Source: Syncephalis fuscata S228 (taxonomy: Eukaryota; Fungi; Zoopagomycota). From it: a stretch of DNA of 64,000 nt. Under the pieces are notes generated by a model, which did no database searches, was not told the origin of the DNA, and saw nothing but the letters and a program-made list of their open reading frames with translations. The first letter of the stretch is position 1. Each line of letters opens with the position of its first letter. Shown here piece after piece: positions 1 to 12,637 of the stretch. The translations under genes were made by a program, and so were the position numbers. The stretch covers positions 558,001 to 622,000 of the forward strand of contig JAHLTZ010000008.1 of assembly GCA_025786725.1 (NCBI GenBank). Reading direction: 5' to 3'.

Positions 1-1447
1 GTTGTGAATAATAAGCTGTATAAATGATCCAATGATCAAAAGCTTTTATTTTCATTCAATTTAATAACATGGAGCTAATAATAAACACTGGCTTATAGTA
101 TATGTTTATACAAATTTCCTTTTAAACTACCCAAACACTTATGAGTGAGCTCTTGCACAGCAATGTTATCCAATATTGACTGAGTCCCCCTCTTTGATCC
201 TTTCTTTTGTTGAGTGTACCCGGCGGTGACGGTTAAAGTATAACAATTACAAAGATGAATGATTTACTAAATTTATACATACAATATATTTAAACATATT
301 CTTGTACATGACATACCATTGACAATATTTAAGCGATATATTATAAAATCATTTATGACCTGTCTTACAATAAGCATTATTTGTAATGTGATGTCTTGCG
401 ACATTTCAATAGTAAAACGTTGCTTTCAGCTACTGATACTATTAGTTGGTCGAACAAAGAATAGCTTTTATTGATCAAGTTATACACGACATGCTATAAT
501 GCGTACTGCAACAAAACCAAAGTGAACATTTGCCATTGCTCAAGAATCAAGTTCCGAATGTTTCATTCTCGCTCTTTTCCTGTTCTAATGAGTCAATATC
601 CGCCATATAGTGTCAACTTTGGACAAGGGTGTCAGTTTTCGCACATTTTTGGTACTGCAGCATTAGTTTTATGCTAAAACTATATTATGGACAGAGCGTT
701 GGTTGGCAGTTTGCTCACTCACTCACTCTCTATTACTCACGATTATATATAATGTTGCCAAGTTTTATAATAAAACAAAACGAAGTCTATAGAAAAAAGT
801 TAGAAAAATATTTAAAAATAGCAGTACGTCCGGTAAACTTCGCAGGCTTATGAAGCTCATTTGAAAGAGGTTACCAATATCATCAAGAACCAAAAAAGAA
901 AGGTAGTAGAAATAGAAGAGCAGTATCAAAGCATAAAAAGTATTTAAGGTAAATCTGATGGATGAAAAGGAGACTGCATATGCTTGGACGACGATGATAA
1001 AGGATGAAAGGGTAACTAACAGGTACTCATATAAATACTAAACACTACTTTATTTAATAAAGAACCATAATCTCTCAATAAATTCACTAACTTTAACATT
1101 AAGTGTTCTACCAATTGAATCTGTGTTGTTGAAATACACTTTTATTTGTATTTGCCAAACAATTCGGTAACAGTATTACTTACAATCTCCGGGACGGTCT
1201 CCGTTCCTCCACACCATATTCTTATGGACTCTAAAGGCCATTAATGACTGACACCTTATTCCTCTTGCCCTCGAGTCGCCATATGCACTTTTGAAACAAT
1301 TCTTTAGACAAACCCAAAATGCTTGCAATTTATTCATATGCAGTCTTTGCCATACATTATTTATTAAATTTATTAAATTTATTTATTAATAAAACTATTT
1401 TTTGTTTGCTCCACACTTCGTTTTCTTTTAATGACGTTTATTACAAA

Positions 1448-2762
1448 TTAAACATTCTTTAATAACGCTTTTCCTGATAGTTGTTTCATTAGTAGTTTGT
1501 ATTTGCTTTTCAATAAAGATGTTTGTTTCAACATTGTTAGTGCTAGTGTTTGCAGTGCATGTCCTTGTATTGTGTCTTTTAAGCTACAATTGCGACAATT
1601 ATATCGTTGAGAGGTTTGCAAAGCTTTACTATAACATCTAATTCTTTTAACTCTTGGTCTACCGGCTTTCTTCGTTATTATCGGTGGCAAACACAAAATA
1701 TCTGCAGTAATTGGCTCTATTTCAACCAGGCAAATTTCTAAAGCATATAATTTGTTTAAATAATCAATGGTGTAAGATTTATTAATAAACTCATTTAATA
1801 AAAAACCACAATTCTTCAAAATTAGTAGTTTTAATTTGAAATTTGGTATCAGAATAATCATCAACTATATAGTTATTGATGTCAGTTAATGTTGATTTAT
1901 ACAAAAAATAGCTATTATTAGTTAACAATCCTTGAGCTTGTGAATACTTAATTCAGGTACTGAATCTGATAATGTTTAAGAAAATAGACCCAGTTGTTTT
2001 TATTTTTATGAAATACTATAGCAACAACCAAAGGTAAAATATTGTTATTTCCATCTTTAACAACTGCGCCAAGAGCAATACCGCCATAAGAAAACCTTAA
2101 ATGGCAACCATCAATTACCAGTACTTTACGGGTATACTGGCAAGCTTTAATAAATGATAAATGACATAAAAATGCATTTTCAAAATTACCAGACTGGTTT
2201 TGCAAGAAGTGCTGAACAGAATCCGGATTAAAATGTTCAAATTTGATAAAGTAATATTTAATAAATGAAAAAGAATTAATATTGCTGTTAATATTATTCT
2301 TTTCCATTAAATTAAGAGCAGAACAAGCTTTGTAGTAAAAATAATAGCATCTATTAAGCTATTGCAATTGTTAGTGTATATTAACTAATCAAATGTGTAC
2401 ATAATTTGATACTTTATTCGTACATCTGTTGATTTTACATTTGAGAATATAGCGACACCACTTGTAATATATTTAATAATAGATTTAATAGTATCATTAC
2501 CAGAATCATATAAACAACCATTAAAATGTTTAATATTGCATTAAACAATTTTTAATAAGCCGATTTTCCGCTTTTTGGCAGTTAAAACAAACTGGCATTT
2601 GTTGCTGGAACGGTCTTCATGAGGACAAATAAGATGTAATCTTGTTGAATTGCTATTTTTCTATTAAAATTGCAACTGTCAACAAGCTTAAACTTGTCAA
2701 TAGCGGCTCTCAGTTTTTTTAATACTGTTAAATATAGCTTTTTTAAATAGTTTAGTAGACAT
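1448..2762 (-). mobile_element. Decayed Mutator-like (MULE) transposase pseudogene
   Basis: Minus-strand fragments in the expected order. N-terminal WRKY/MuDR-like Zn-ribbon remnant (RLHLICPHEDRSSNKCQFVLTAK, from ATG at 2762). MULE DDE core VLVIDGCHLRFSYGGIALGAVVKDGNNNILPLVVAIV (ORF 1948-2307). C-terminal LPPIITKKAGRPRVKRIR...YNCRNC Zn-knuckle region (ORF 1448-1864). Broken by stops and frameshifts, very AT-rich, no TIRs recognised. Confidence 0.82.
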
Positions 2763-3209
2763 TACGATAGATTTTATTTATTAAATAAAATTAATAAAAT
2801 TAAATTTAGCGACTGTCTATTTTTCTAATTTCCCATTTTATACTACATTAAATAATTGTTTATATCCACACTTGTATTGCTCGTTAGTTATGTATTTGCT
2901 CATATATCGTATATAATTTTGTATGGACTTTTTACAATGTGTACTAAATATTTAGTGATATAATTAGCAGTATACTCGGTCAATTAACATAGCTAGTTAT
3001 ATAGTTGTATAATTTATATATTTACAAATGTACACTGTATAATGTCTATTATTAAATAAATGTATTCATTTATACTTTTACTTAACGCTGTATATTCATT
3101 TTGCATTATTTAGTTTTATCATATAATATTACAATCAGTATCCTGTATAAATATATTAATAGTAAATACTGTCATAATTATACATTTTATCATATTATGT
3201 TATTATCTA

Positions 3210-3390
3210 TAATGACGTTCATTGCAGTTTGAATACTCTTTAATGACACGCTTTCTTTTCGTATAGCTGTTTCGTTAATAATTTGTATTTACTCTCCAAT
3301 AAAAACGTTTATTTCAACATCAACTACTGTTTCAATACTATTAGTACTAGTTTTTACATAATATATTTGTGTACTGCATTTTTGCGTTGT
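3210..3390 (-). mobile_element. Second, diverged fragment of the MULE 3' end
   Basis: aatgacgttcattgcag...tttgtatttactctccaataaaaacgtttatttcaaca aligns by eye with 1430-1560 (aatgacgtttattacaa...tttgtatttgcttttcaataaagatgtttgtttcaaca). Confidence 0.55.
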
Positions 3391-3594
3391 ATTTATTACA
3401 AGTAAGGTGTATATGATGGTCAGCTGGTGGCGTGAAAAAATTAGTCTTGACGCGTCTAACACGCGTTGCAGTAGGACAGCTGGCAGCGCTTGAAAAGTCG
3501 TATATAACGATGAAGAAACATCAGAACGTAAGGCATATGGACAAAAAAGTAGAGAATTTGAATTAGAAATTGTAGTGTTATTTCTAAACGATTT

Positions 3595-6500
3595 TTACTT
3601 TGAGTCAGAGACGAATTTAATCAACCTTTTCAATTTGATCATATCGTCCTTGTTTTCTGCAATGCCCTCGAAAAAAAAATCGTCCAGGTTCGAAAGGTTT
3701 ATATACACCATTACATCCTCGATACCAGTCACAGGGTCCTCTTCAATATAAGTAACTAGATTACCGCCCTCGACGCCAGGAAACTCGAGATGGATGCGAA
3801 GAATGCCTTTGAGATTGGATGGAGTACCCGAAGCCTCAAAGTCACGTCGAACGCCTGTCAAGGATTGGTTCATGTTGATACCATCCCGGCTCAAAAAACA
3901 ACTCCGAATATTGCTGGAAGTTTTGTTAGAGTCGTGGGTGGACTGCTTCAGACGGTTGCTGTAGAGCTTGATCGCAAGAGAGCCGGCGTAACGTTTGTCA
4001 GAGAAAAACCAGACTCCATCCGGACGTGTGCCATTATTGGCAATAAGCATCTTGTTCGGAGGACATTCGGTGAGGAAGGCGAGATCTGCACGAACGCCAT
4101 TGCCAGTGTATCCAAATCCATTGGCTGTTTTAATCTCATCAATTTGGAGCTGGAAATTGCTGCACCAGGTGGGCAATGTGACGCCTTGAAGGAAAGGAAG
4201 GTCAACAAGACGGTAGCCATTGAAGCGTTGAAGTGATCGACGGACAAGTGGCTCCAACGCATCCCCCTTTAAAGCTGAAGCGGTGCCAAAGTTGGTGATA
4301 ATTTGGTTAAATTGATCCATGTACTCAGAGAACACCGGATCTTTGCCTAAAGCCTTTAGCTCTTCCTGCACTGTCTCAACAACTATTGGCTCGTCCATGA
4401 CCAAGTGAATGTCATTATCATGTGATCGTAGTCTGCACAGAGCTTTATCCACAAAGTCGGACTGGTCATTGCTTAAGAAAGATATTTTGCCATTGTGAAG
4501 ATGATAGGCCAATACCATTCGAGAGAGAAGCCGAGCTATCCCACCTGCTTGATCGTTGGCAAGAATGGCGCTTATCTTGGCCCGAAGACCATTTATTGTA
4601 TACTCAATCGACTCGTCAATAGCGTGCTCCAGAATAGCTTGTTTAGAGCCTCGAAAAGTGCAAGACTTGGCGAGACGGTTGATGCCGTTAATGGAAAATC
4701 GAGGTCGTCCTGTTAGCTTGCGGCGTTTGGCAAGCGGGATTTCACAGCCTGACATGTCGATTAGACCCGAGTATAGCCTGCTCACATCGTCTTCATCAAA
4801 ACTTGGAAAGTCCGTTATTTTTAAGAAATTGGGTTCTTTGGCGATGGCTGTGTGCACTTGTTCGGCATCCTGCAATGAGAGTGCTGTGCCCAGTATCACT
4901 ATCGTTGCCTCTATCTCGCTCAAAGCACCTGATAAAGGCGTAAGAAAGCTGCGGCGGTATTGGGATTGTATCTGGTTCTTATCGTCAAAAAGTGTATTTT
5001 TATTATTACTCAAAGCTGTCGGCGAGATGAGCTTATTGGATAAGATGTGAGCCACTGCAACCTGAGCTTCATCCAAAGCAATCACCAGTCCACGTTCTTT
5101 GGAAGATAAAAAAGACCAAAGCTTGGCTTGAACTTTACGAAGCATGATTTGGATTGTGCGGTCGTCATATCTCTGTAGCTTGTCAACTAGCTCGCTAATA
5201 GTCGAGTCACCTCTAGTGATTTGCTCACGGAAGAACTGCTGCGGCTCTAAATCAGGATTGTTTTTTAGAAGATACTGAAGGAAAAGCATTCGTGCAAGAA
5301 ATTCGAGCTTGACGCGTTCTCTCACTCGTGCTTTCACTTCAGCATCAATGTCCAGCGGACCGAGAAAATTTCCCTGATTTTTGTTAATGATGGCCCGGTA
5401 TATATTCTCGACATCATTTGCAAGTGTAATAAAGTTTGAATCCTTAAAATTCGAAGAGTTGGTTGGAGTTGGTTCACAACAGACACAATAAATGACAAAG
5501 TGCTTGCTCGCAAGGTCAATGACTGTTGCAGTCTTTCCTGAACCGGACGGGGCAACCATGGCCACTACGCGATGATCACAACATTCTATGTCTTCCTTGA
5601 CAATTGTACAAAGAGTTTCATAATTTCTGCCGATTGCTTGCTTGCCCAATTCAAGTCCCAACATCACTAGACTTATATTTGTTGCTGCTTTGTAATATGG
5701 TAAAGTCCTTTTGTAAAAGGGTCCTAGTCTATCTCTCTGCGAAGCTTCAACATCATTTGAATTGATAGGACGAGTGGGATGATGGTTGACGCCTTGGAAA
5801 ATGACATCTAATTCCTTTTCGATGCGATCATTCGGAACAGACGTCTGCTGGATGGGTGTTGCTACATGATCAAAAAAGGTGATAAAAAATAACGTTAAGT
5901 AATCAAGATAAGGTTACACAATGAGTATTTAGAAAAGGTCTAAGTGCACTTACCAGGACGCGATTGATCTGAAAGATGGCCAGGAAGCGAAGTAGAGGCA
6001 CATGATGAGACAGGCACATGGATATATCGGAGTAATGGAAAGAATAATTAAATATTAGTACTACATAGACGTAAAGCAAAAGCGAACGGCAGAGGAAGGA
6101 GCCGTATTGACTGCTGGTCTTTAAAACAAAACTACTTACCAGGCTTGGGTGGCGCTACAACAACCACATCGATTTCGCCGTTAGACTCTTTCAGCGTCTC
6201 AAGTTTCCTTCTAACGTTTAAAGCCTTTCCCGGATCGCCAGCGTCGGCGTCATTCTTGTAGACTTGGAGTTTGGACGAATCAATACCTTGAAGCTCGTTT
6301 CTAAAAGCAACATGGTCAAGGAGGGTTTGACGAAGGTCGGCAATATCATTGCTTTGATTGAGATTCGTGATTTTATCAATGCCCAGCTCCGTAAAGCGTG
6401 AACTGTTTGGTGAACCTTGAAGGAGCTTGACCCAGACGGCCGACATCACTTCAGGTGCTGCTGAGACTGGCTGATCTTGATCTGCAATAGAAAGAAAGGA

Positions 6501-6824
6501 ACAAAGTTACAGGCAACGGTGAGGTCAGGTAGTGCTAGAGTAAGAACGAAGACGTCGAGAAAGAGAAAGCGAGTAAGAGATATAAAGGGCGACAAGAGCC
6601 ACGTAGACTCATGCGCCAGCCTGACAGCAATGACAAGTAGAAGCGTGAGACACGAGACGGCTCATAGTTCTCTTTTTGACGTCTTGCAGATGTCAAAATA
6701 GGCGCAGAGCAGATAGAATGTGTATGGGGCGGAGAGAAGAAGTGTCTATTGCTGTCGGGATGAGCTTACCTTGGACGATACGAGACGCTTCTTCAAGAAG
6801 TCTTTTAAGCACTTTGGAAGACAT
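3595..6824 (-). CDS. Crinkler (CRN/CR)-family effector-like protein: ubiquitin-like header + P-loop NTPase + PD-(D/E)xK restriction-endonuclease-like domain
   Basis: Four exons splice in frame with GT-AG sites: 6824-6770, 6481-6140, 5968-5954, 5861-3595. Header IADLRQTL...GIDSSKLQVYK...EIDVVVVAPP resembles the CRN LxLFLAK/HVLVxxP motifs. Walker A APSGSGKT, Walker B LVIALDEAQ, LTGRPRF sensor, C-terminal RPDGVWFF...LAIKLYS nuclease-like motif. Confidence 0.8.
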
Positions 6825-8074
6825 TGTGCAGAATTAATAGCAAGATGCCAACAGTACCAAATATACTAGCAAAATTGAAGAGACTAACAGGAGCGAGGAT
6901 GAGGTGAGGTGACAGAAGTTGACAGCGTGCGAAGGTGAATGAGACGAGAAACAAAAAGAGAAAAAGCCGTGCGTGACGAAACGCGACTTGGCAAAGAAAA
7001 AGGTTTATAACAGATCTTTATCAATTCTGTCACTGGATAGGAGGGGAGGAAAAAGAATATTTTATTAAAATCGCTGGTTTATCACAATGCGCAGTCACTA
7101 TACTTAGGATTGCGTCATTTTACTAATAGGCAGCAATTATGTTATTGAGCTATTAGATTTTAAAAAGTAGAGAATGGTGATTTACTGGACGTCATCTGCC
7201 TTATAGTCTTGATCGTTCCATGTCCTTGCTACAGTAATTACTATTCCACTTTGATCTGTCAACTCGTCCAGTTAATAAACAAACGGGCCCAACGCCTTTT
7301 ATTATTTTCTTTTTTATTTACACATTTTACTTCCTTTTTCTTGATACTTTTAGATATAATTAAATATTCATCCGTTATTCACTTATCACTATTCCATGTA
7401 TAATATTACAACCAACGTTAATTAATTCATGTGTAATTATTAATAAAATAATGTAATTAATTGGTTGTCTTTATTATTGCTTTAATATATATATTGTTCT
7501 TTATTTAGTCAAATTGATTATAGAAAAAGTGGCTGTTTAATAAACAACTTTATAATAATTATATTAATATTGATTTTACATTGCAAATATGCCGAGAATG
7601 CAATAATGAAATATTAGAAATAGAAGCAATCATTCAGATGCAATAACAAATGCAAAATGGCATAGAATCGCAATTGTATGGCTTTTATTAATATTCGATC
7701 CATCCTTCTACACATGACCAACAACAATAACAATCAACCTCAAATGTTTCAATGAAATCAAATAAAAACACTATATTTATGTTTTGTTATGCATAACAGC
7801 ATTGTAACAGCGGTCATTCTACGGCCATTTTGTTACAATTGAAATCAATTGTAGCGAATTTTGCTTTGGGGACTCTATTCAGTCAAATCATCTGCACTAA
7901 ACTATGCGTTACCATTTTGACCACAAATTCTCACGTGTTTATCACATGCTTTGAAGGAAAAGCACACTTGCAATTTAAAAGCTTTGCGTGTTCTCCTTGT
8001 ACATTGATACAAGCATCTCTCTATTCATTCCTCGTTCATTTCTCTAGCGTGCTATTAAACCAACAACCTGTACA

Positions 8075-9402
8075 ATGACCAACTTTGTTAACAATGAAGA
8101 GCGTCGCGAAATGGTAGATAAGGTGTGAAGGATAGAGTGATGTCAATGAACGTATATTAACCTGTATCTGCACTGCAGTTACTACTTGAGCCATACAACT
8201 ATTTGTTGCAGAATCCGGGCAAAGAGATTCGTAGTAAAATGATTGAGGCGTTTAATCAGTGGCTCAATGTGCCGGAGGCTCAATTAACCGTTATTACTCG
8301 AGTAGTAGAAATGTTACATACGTCAAGTCTACTGTAAGTTGATTGATATATTAATGTTATTGCTTACTAATAGATAATACAATGGTTAGTATCGATGATG
8401 TTGAGGATAATTCTATTCTACGGCGTGGTGTGCCAGGTAAGAGATAGTAGACTAATAGGTTATTTGGTATTAATACTGTTATTGATTAGTTGCCCACAAG
8501 ATCTATGGTGTGCCTATGGTGATTAATACGGCCAATTTTGTATATTTCAGAGCTTTGGATGATTTACGTCAATTAAACAACCCGCGTATGATTGATATTT
8601 TCATTGGTAATTACAGAGGTATATCATGGATATTAAGTAGTTAACGATGCTATTTTAGAGGAGTTGCTTAATCTTCATCGTGGACAGGGTATGGAATTGC
8701 ATTTCCGCGATACGGTTACTTGTCCAACAATAGAAGAATATCTTGAAATTATTTCTAATAGTATGTAGTTGCTTTGATCAATTTAATATATAAATACTAA
8801 TATATGAATATCGATAGAGACTGGTGGTTTACTCCGCTTGGCTGTAAAGCTTATGCAAGAAGCATCACCAACCAATATGTAAGTAAGACTGGTTAACTAG
8901 TTATTATAAAGTCTCATTTGTGTATTAGTGATTGCGTTCCATTGATTAATTTATTGGGTGAACATTTTCAAATACGGGATGATTACATTAATTTAAAGTC
9001 AGATAGTGTAAGTTATTTAGATGATCATTTCTAATTTCTCGTCATTAATCTACATTGTCGTCATTGTCGTAATAGTACACAGATGCTAAGGGATTTTGCG
9101 AGGATTTGTCGGAAGGAAAGTTTTCATTCCCGATTATCCATTCGATCCGTGCCGATACGAAAAATACCCAACTGATTCATATTCTACGTCAGCGCACGGT
9201 GGAAGTGGAGGTTAAATCATATGCGCTCACACTGATGGAACAGACAGACTCATTCGGTCATACCGTCACAGTTATACGGCAGTTGGAAAAACAAATACGC
9301 GATTCAATCGCTGAATTAGGAGGTAACAGCCGACTAGAAGATATTGTAAATGCATTGTCTGCCGTGTACAAAGATGCGTCTGGACCACGACAAGAGAAAT
9401 AG
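8075..9402 (+). CDS. BTS1: Geranylgeranyl diphosphate synthase
   Basis: Spliced translation gives [49 protein letters not shown] (first Asp-rich motif), [41 protein letters not shown]. Multiple short GT-AG introns. Confidence 0.95.
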
Positions 9403-9753
9403 ATTTATAAATAATAAATATACAATATGCATATTAGCATTTAATACTTAGTAAATGAGTTTAGCTATTTTGATGATACTACGAAGTGAATATGAGTAGC
9501 TATGTAGTATAATAAAGATAATTGCTTGTATAATTAATTACAATCAGTTATAAATACAAAGGATTAGATTGAAAAACTATTAGTATATTGATATTACTAT
9601 TACTATTTAAATATTAACTGATAACAATCGATATAATTAGTCAGTTTAAATATAGCTTTGAACACAATATTTAAAAACAACATTATTATCATGTTTAACA
9701 AAGTGAATTTAGGTATAAAAATGACTAGAATTAATACTGGCGCTATTTAATCT

Positions 9754-10817
9754 TTATGGCTTGCGGCCGACAAATATACCCATTTTCCGGTAAACACGAT
9801 TAGTGATATTCTCTTCGTGCAGGTTTTCGAGAACATAATCGAGCCTTTCTTTTGTAACATCGCATGTAGCCGTTATTCTAGCAGTCAGTGAATGGATCAG
9901 ATTGTAATAATCAGTCCAGCCCTGGTGACCCACTTTATCGCACCATTCTCCAATAGGAATCTTGATATAGTGTTCAGTTTCCATTTGTAGGCCGGCTTCT
10001 TGCATCATTTGTGGTATCTGCCAGGCTTTATTCAGATTGACGCCGCGCCTGCGGCTCATAGTATCAAACCAAAAGTTAACTTCTTGACCTAATGGCCCAG
10101 CATTCATTAATTCACCATTGGTTTCAAAGAGCTCAACGCTACCGCCAGAGGAGCAAATACGCGTCAAATCCTTCATATATAAAGACCAATAATCTTCTGG
10201 TATTGCTATACATAATAGCCGCACATGAACATAGCTGAATTTATTGGCTTCGTACTTGATACCTAGAATTATCTGGATGATTAAAGTAGTTTTACATGTA
10301 TCAGTGGCTAATAAGCCTACCCTCGAGAGCATTCATAGTTTCAAACTTGACATTACTGGGGAGGTTGTTCATCGACAGTTCTGGAGATATATCAATGCAA
10401 TTTATTTCACATTGAGGAAATTCCTCTGCCATTTCCTACTTAATGTCATTTAGTAAATTATTAATTATACTAGTGTTGTAATAATCACAGCTACTTACCT
10501 TAGCCCATATACCAGTGCCACTGCCTACATCCAATATTCTTCGTGGATTATTTAACTTGCTCATGTAGTTGCCATTAAGTAACCTTTTAATTACATGATG
10601 TTGCGCATTTAGTCTAAATATTCATGGAATAGTGGCTATTTATCAGGTGTTATGCTGTATTTTTTATATACAATACCTACCTATCTACTTCACTTGAGTC
10701 ATTCGGCATTGGATAAGGTGCGTTTTGTTCACCATGAAAACGACGACCTTCTTCATATACGCAAGAAGCGGCTTCCGCTTGCTCTTGGCTGGATGTAGTG
10801 TTCTGTAGATATTCCAT
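9754..10817 (-). CDS. Class I SAM-dependent methyltransferase (LaeA/TAM-like), copy 1
   Basis: Four exons: GRRFHGEQNAPYPMPNDSSEVDRLNAQHHV, ILDVGSGTGIWAKEMAEEFP, FSYVHVRLL, GGSVELFE, IPIGEW. This is the typical fungal LaeA-like motif order. Confidence 0.9.
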
Positions 10818-11570
10818 ATTGCTAACAAAGATATACTACTAGATTTACGACTGTGAATAAAAATGATATGGATTTGAAAAGAACTAAATGAAAGGGTAGT
10901 TATATAGAACAATACTGTATTACAAAATACGTCATCGATTTTAAAATTGCCATAAATACCATTAAACCAGATAGTGTCATCATGTGTAATACTAGAAAGG
11001 CAGCGAGACCTTAAGATACGTTTTTAGCACATATATTGACTTATGGAAATTATAATATATAAAAAGGTTTAAAAAGTTGGCTACAAAAATGTAAATATGC
11101 TATTAATCATATAAACAACCGAGTCCTTCAGTTTTGAATATAACTTATTCAATATAGATAAATGACATATAGTGATATAAATATGCAGTAATAATAGTAC
11201 AACTAAATATATTGTACATAGTTAGAGAATAATGACAATGACAATAATTCTGATGTCTGGTGTCACTACCTAGTTTCATGTTCAAAAGAGCGAATTCTAG
11301 TTCAACTACGTAAATATTACTAAATGTAGTAAATTGATCATTAAATCACACTAAAATAACCAATGGTGTTTGGTATTGTATAATGTCAACAACAGAAATA
11401 AAATATTGCTATTATTATTATTATTTAAATATTAACTAATAACAATTGATATAATTAGTCAATTTGAATATAGGTTTGAATACAATATTTTAAAACAATA
11501 TTATTGTCATGTTTAACAAAATGAATTTAGATATAAAATGGCTATAATTAATACTGGCGCTATTTAATCC

Positions 11571-12637
11571 TTATGGCTTGCGTCCAACGAATATGCCAAA
11601 TTTCCAATAAACACGATTAGTGACATTTTCTTCATGCAGGTTTTCAAGAACATAATTAAATCTTTCTTTTGTAACATTGCATGTAGACATAATTTTAGCA
11701 CTTATGCAGTTGACCAAACTAAGCAAAACAAACCAGCCCTGATGGCCCACTTGATCACACCATGCCCCGAGAGGAAACTCGATGTAGTGCTCAGTCTCTA
11801 GTTGTAAGCCAGCCTGTTGTATCATTTGTGGTATCTGCCATACTTTACTTAGATTAGCGCCACGGCTACGACACACAGTATCAATCCATGTAGTAACTTC
11901 CTGGCCCAATGGCCCAGCATTCATTAATTGACTGTTGGTTTCAACAAGCTCAATGGTACCACCGGAGGTGCAAACACGTGCTAGATCTTTGACAAGTACA
12001 GGCCAATAATCTTCTGGCACTGATGAGCATAATAGCCGCATATAAACGTAGTCGAATGTATTGTCCTCATACTTAATACCTATTATTATTTAAATGATTA
12101 ATGTACTGTTGCACTTATTGATTATAATTAAGCCTACCCTTGAGAGCATTCATAGTTTCAAACTTGACATTATTGGGAAGTTTTGCAAGAGATGGTGCGG
12201 GAGACATATCAATACAGCTTATTTCAGATTGGGAAAACTCCTCTGCCGTTTCCTATAAAATGCCATTTAGTAAGTTGTTAATTGTTTTAGAATGCTGTAA
12301 TAAACACAACCACTTACTGTAGCCCATATACCACTGCCACTGCCCACTTCAAATATTTTTTGTGGATTATTTAGCTTGCTCATGTAGTTGCCGTTGAGTA
12401 GATGTTTAAGCACATGGTGTTGTCCGTTTAACCTAAATAATCATAAAATAACAAATATTTATAAAATGTTATCTTGTTTGTTTTATACACGAATGCTTAC
12501 CTATTTGATTCAGTCTGGTCGTTAGCGTACGGATAAGGTGCATTTTTTTCACCATGAAAACGACGCCCCGCTTCATATACAAAAGATGAAGCTTCTGCTT
12601 GTTCTTGGCTGGATGTAGTGTTCTGTAGATATTCCAT
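11571..12637 (-). CDS. Class I SAM-dependent methyltransferase (LaeA/TAM-like), copy 2
   Basis: Same exon-intron layout as copy 1. GRRFHGEKNAPYPYANDQTESNRLNGQHHV, IFEVGSGSGIWAT, FDYVYMRLL, FPLGAW. Confidence 0.9.

Noticed and set aside
1175-1353. Minus-strand reading MAKTAYE*IASILGLSKELFQKCIWRLEG... ending in a GTAAGT donor
   Set aside because: Several in-frame stops and no recognisable family. It may be a decayed gene but I cannot support a call.
3790-5050. Plus-strand ORFs overlapping the Crinkler gene (and similar shadow ORFs such as 39539-39991 and 42321-42905)
   Set aside because: Antisense shadows of real coding regions with no independent motifs.
8075-12637. GGPP synthase plus two methyltransferases as a terpenoid biosynthetic cluster
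   Set aside because: No terpene cyclase, P450 or transporter nearby. The GGPPS looks like the housekeeping enzyme.
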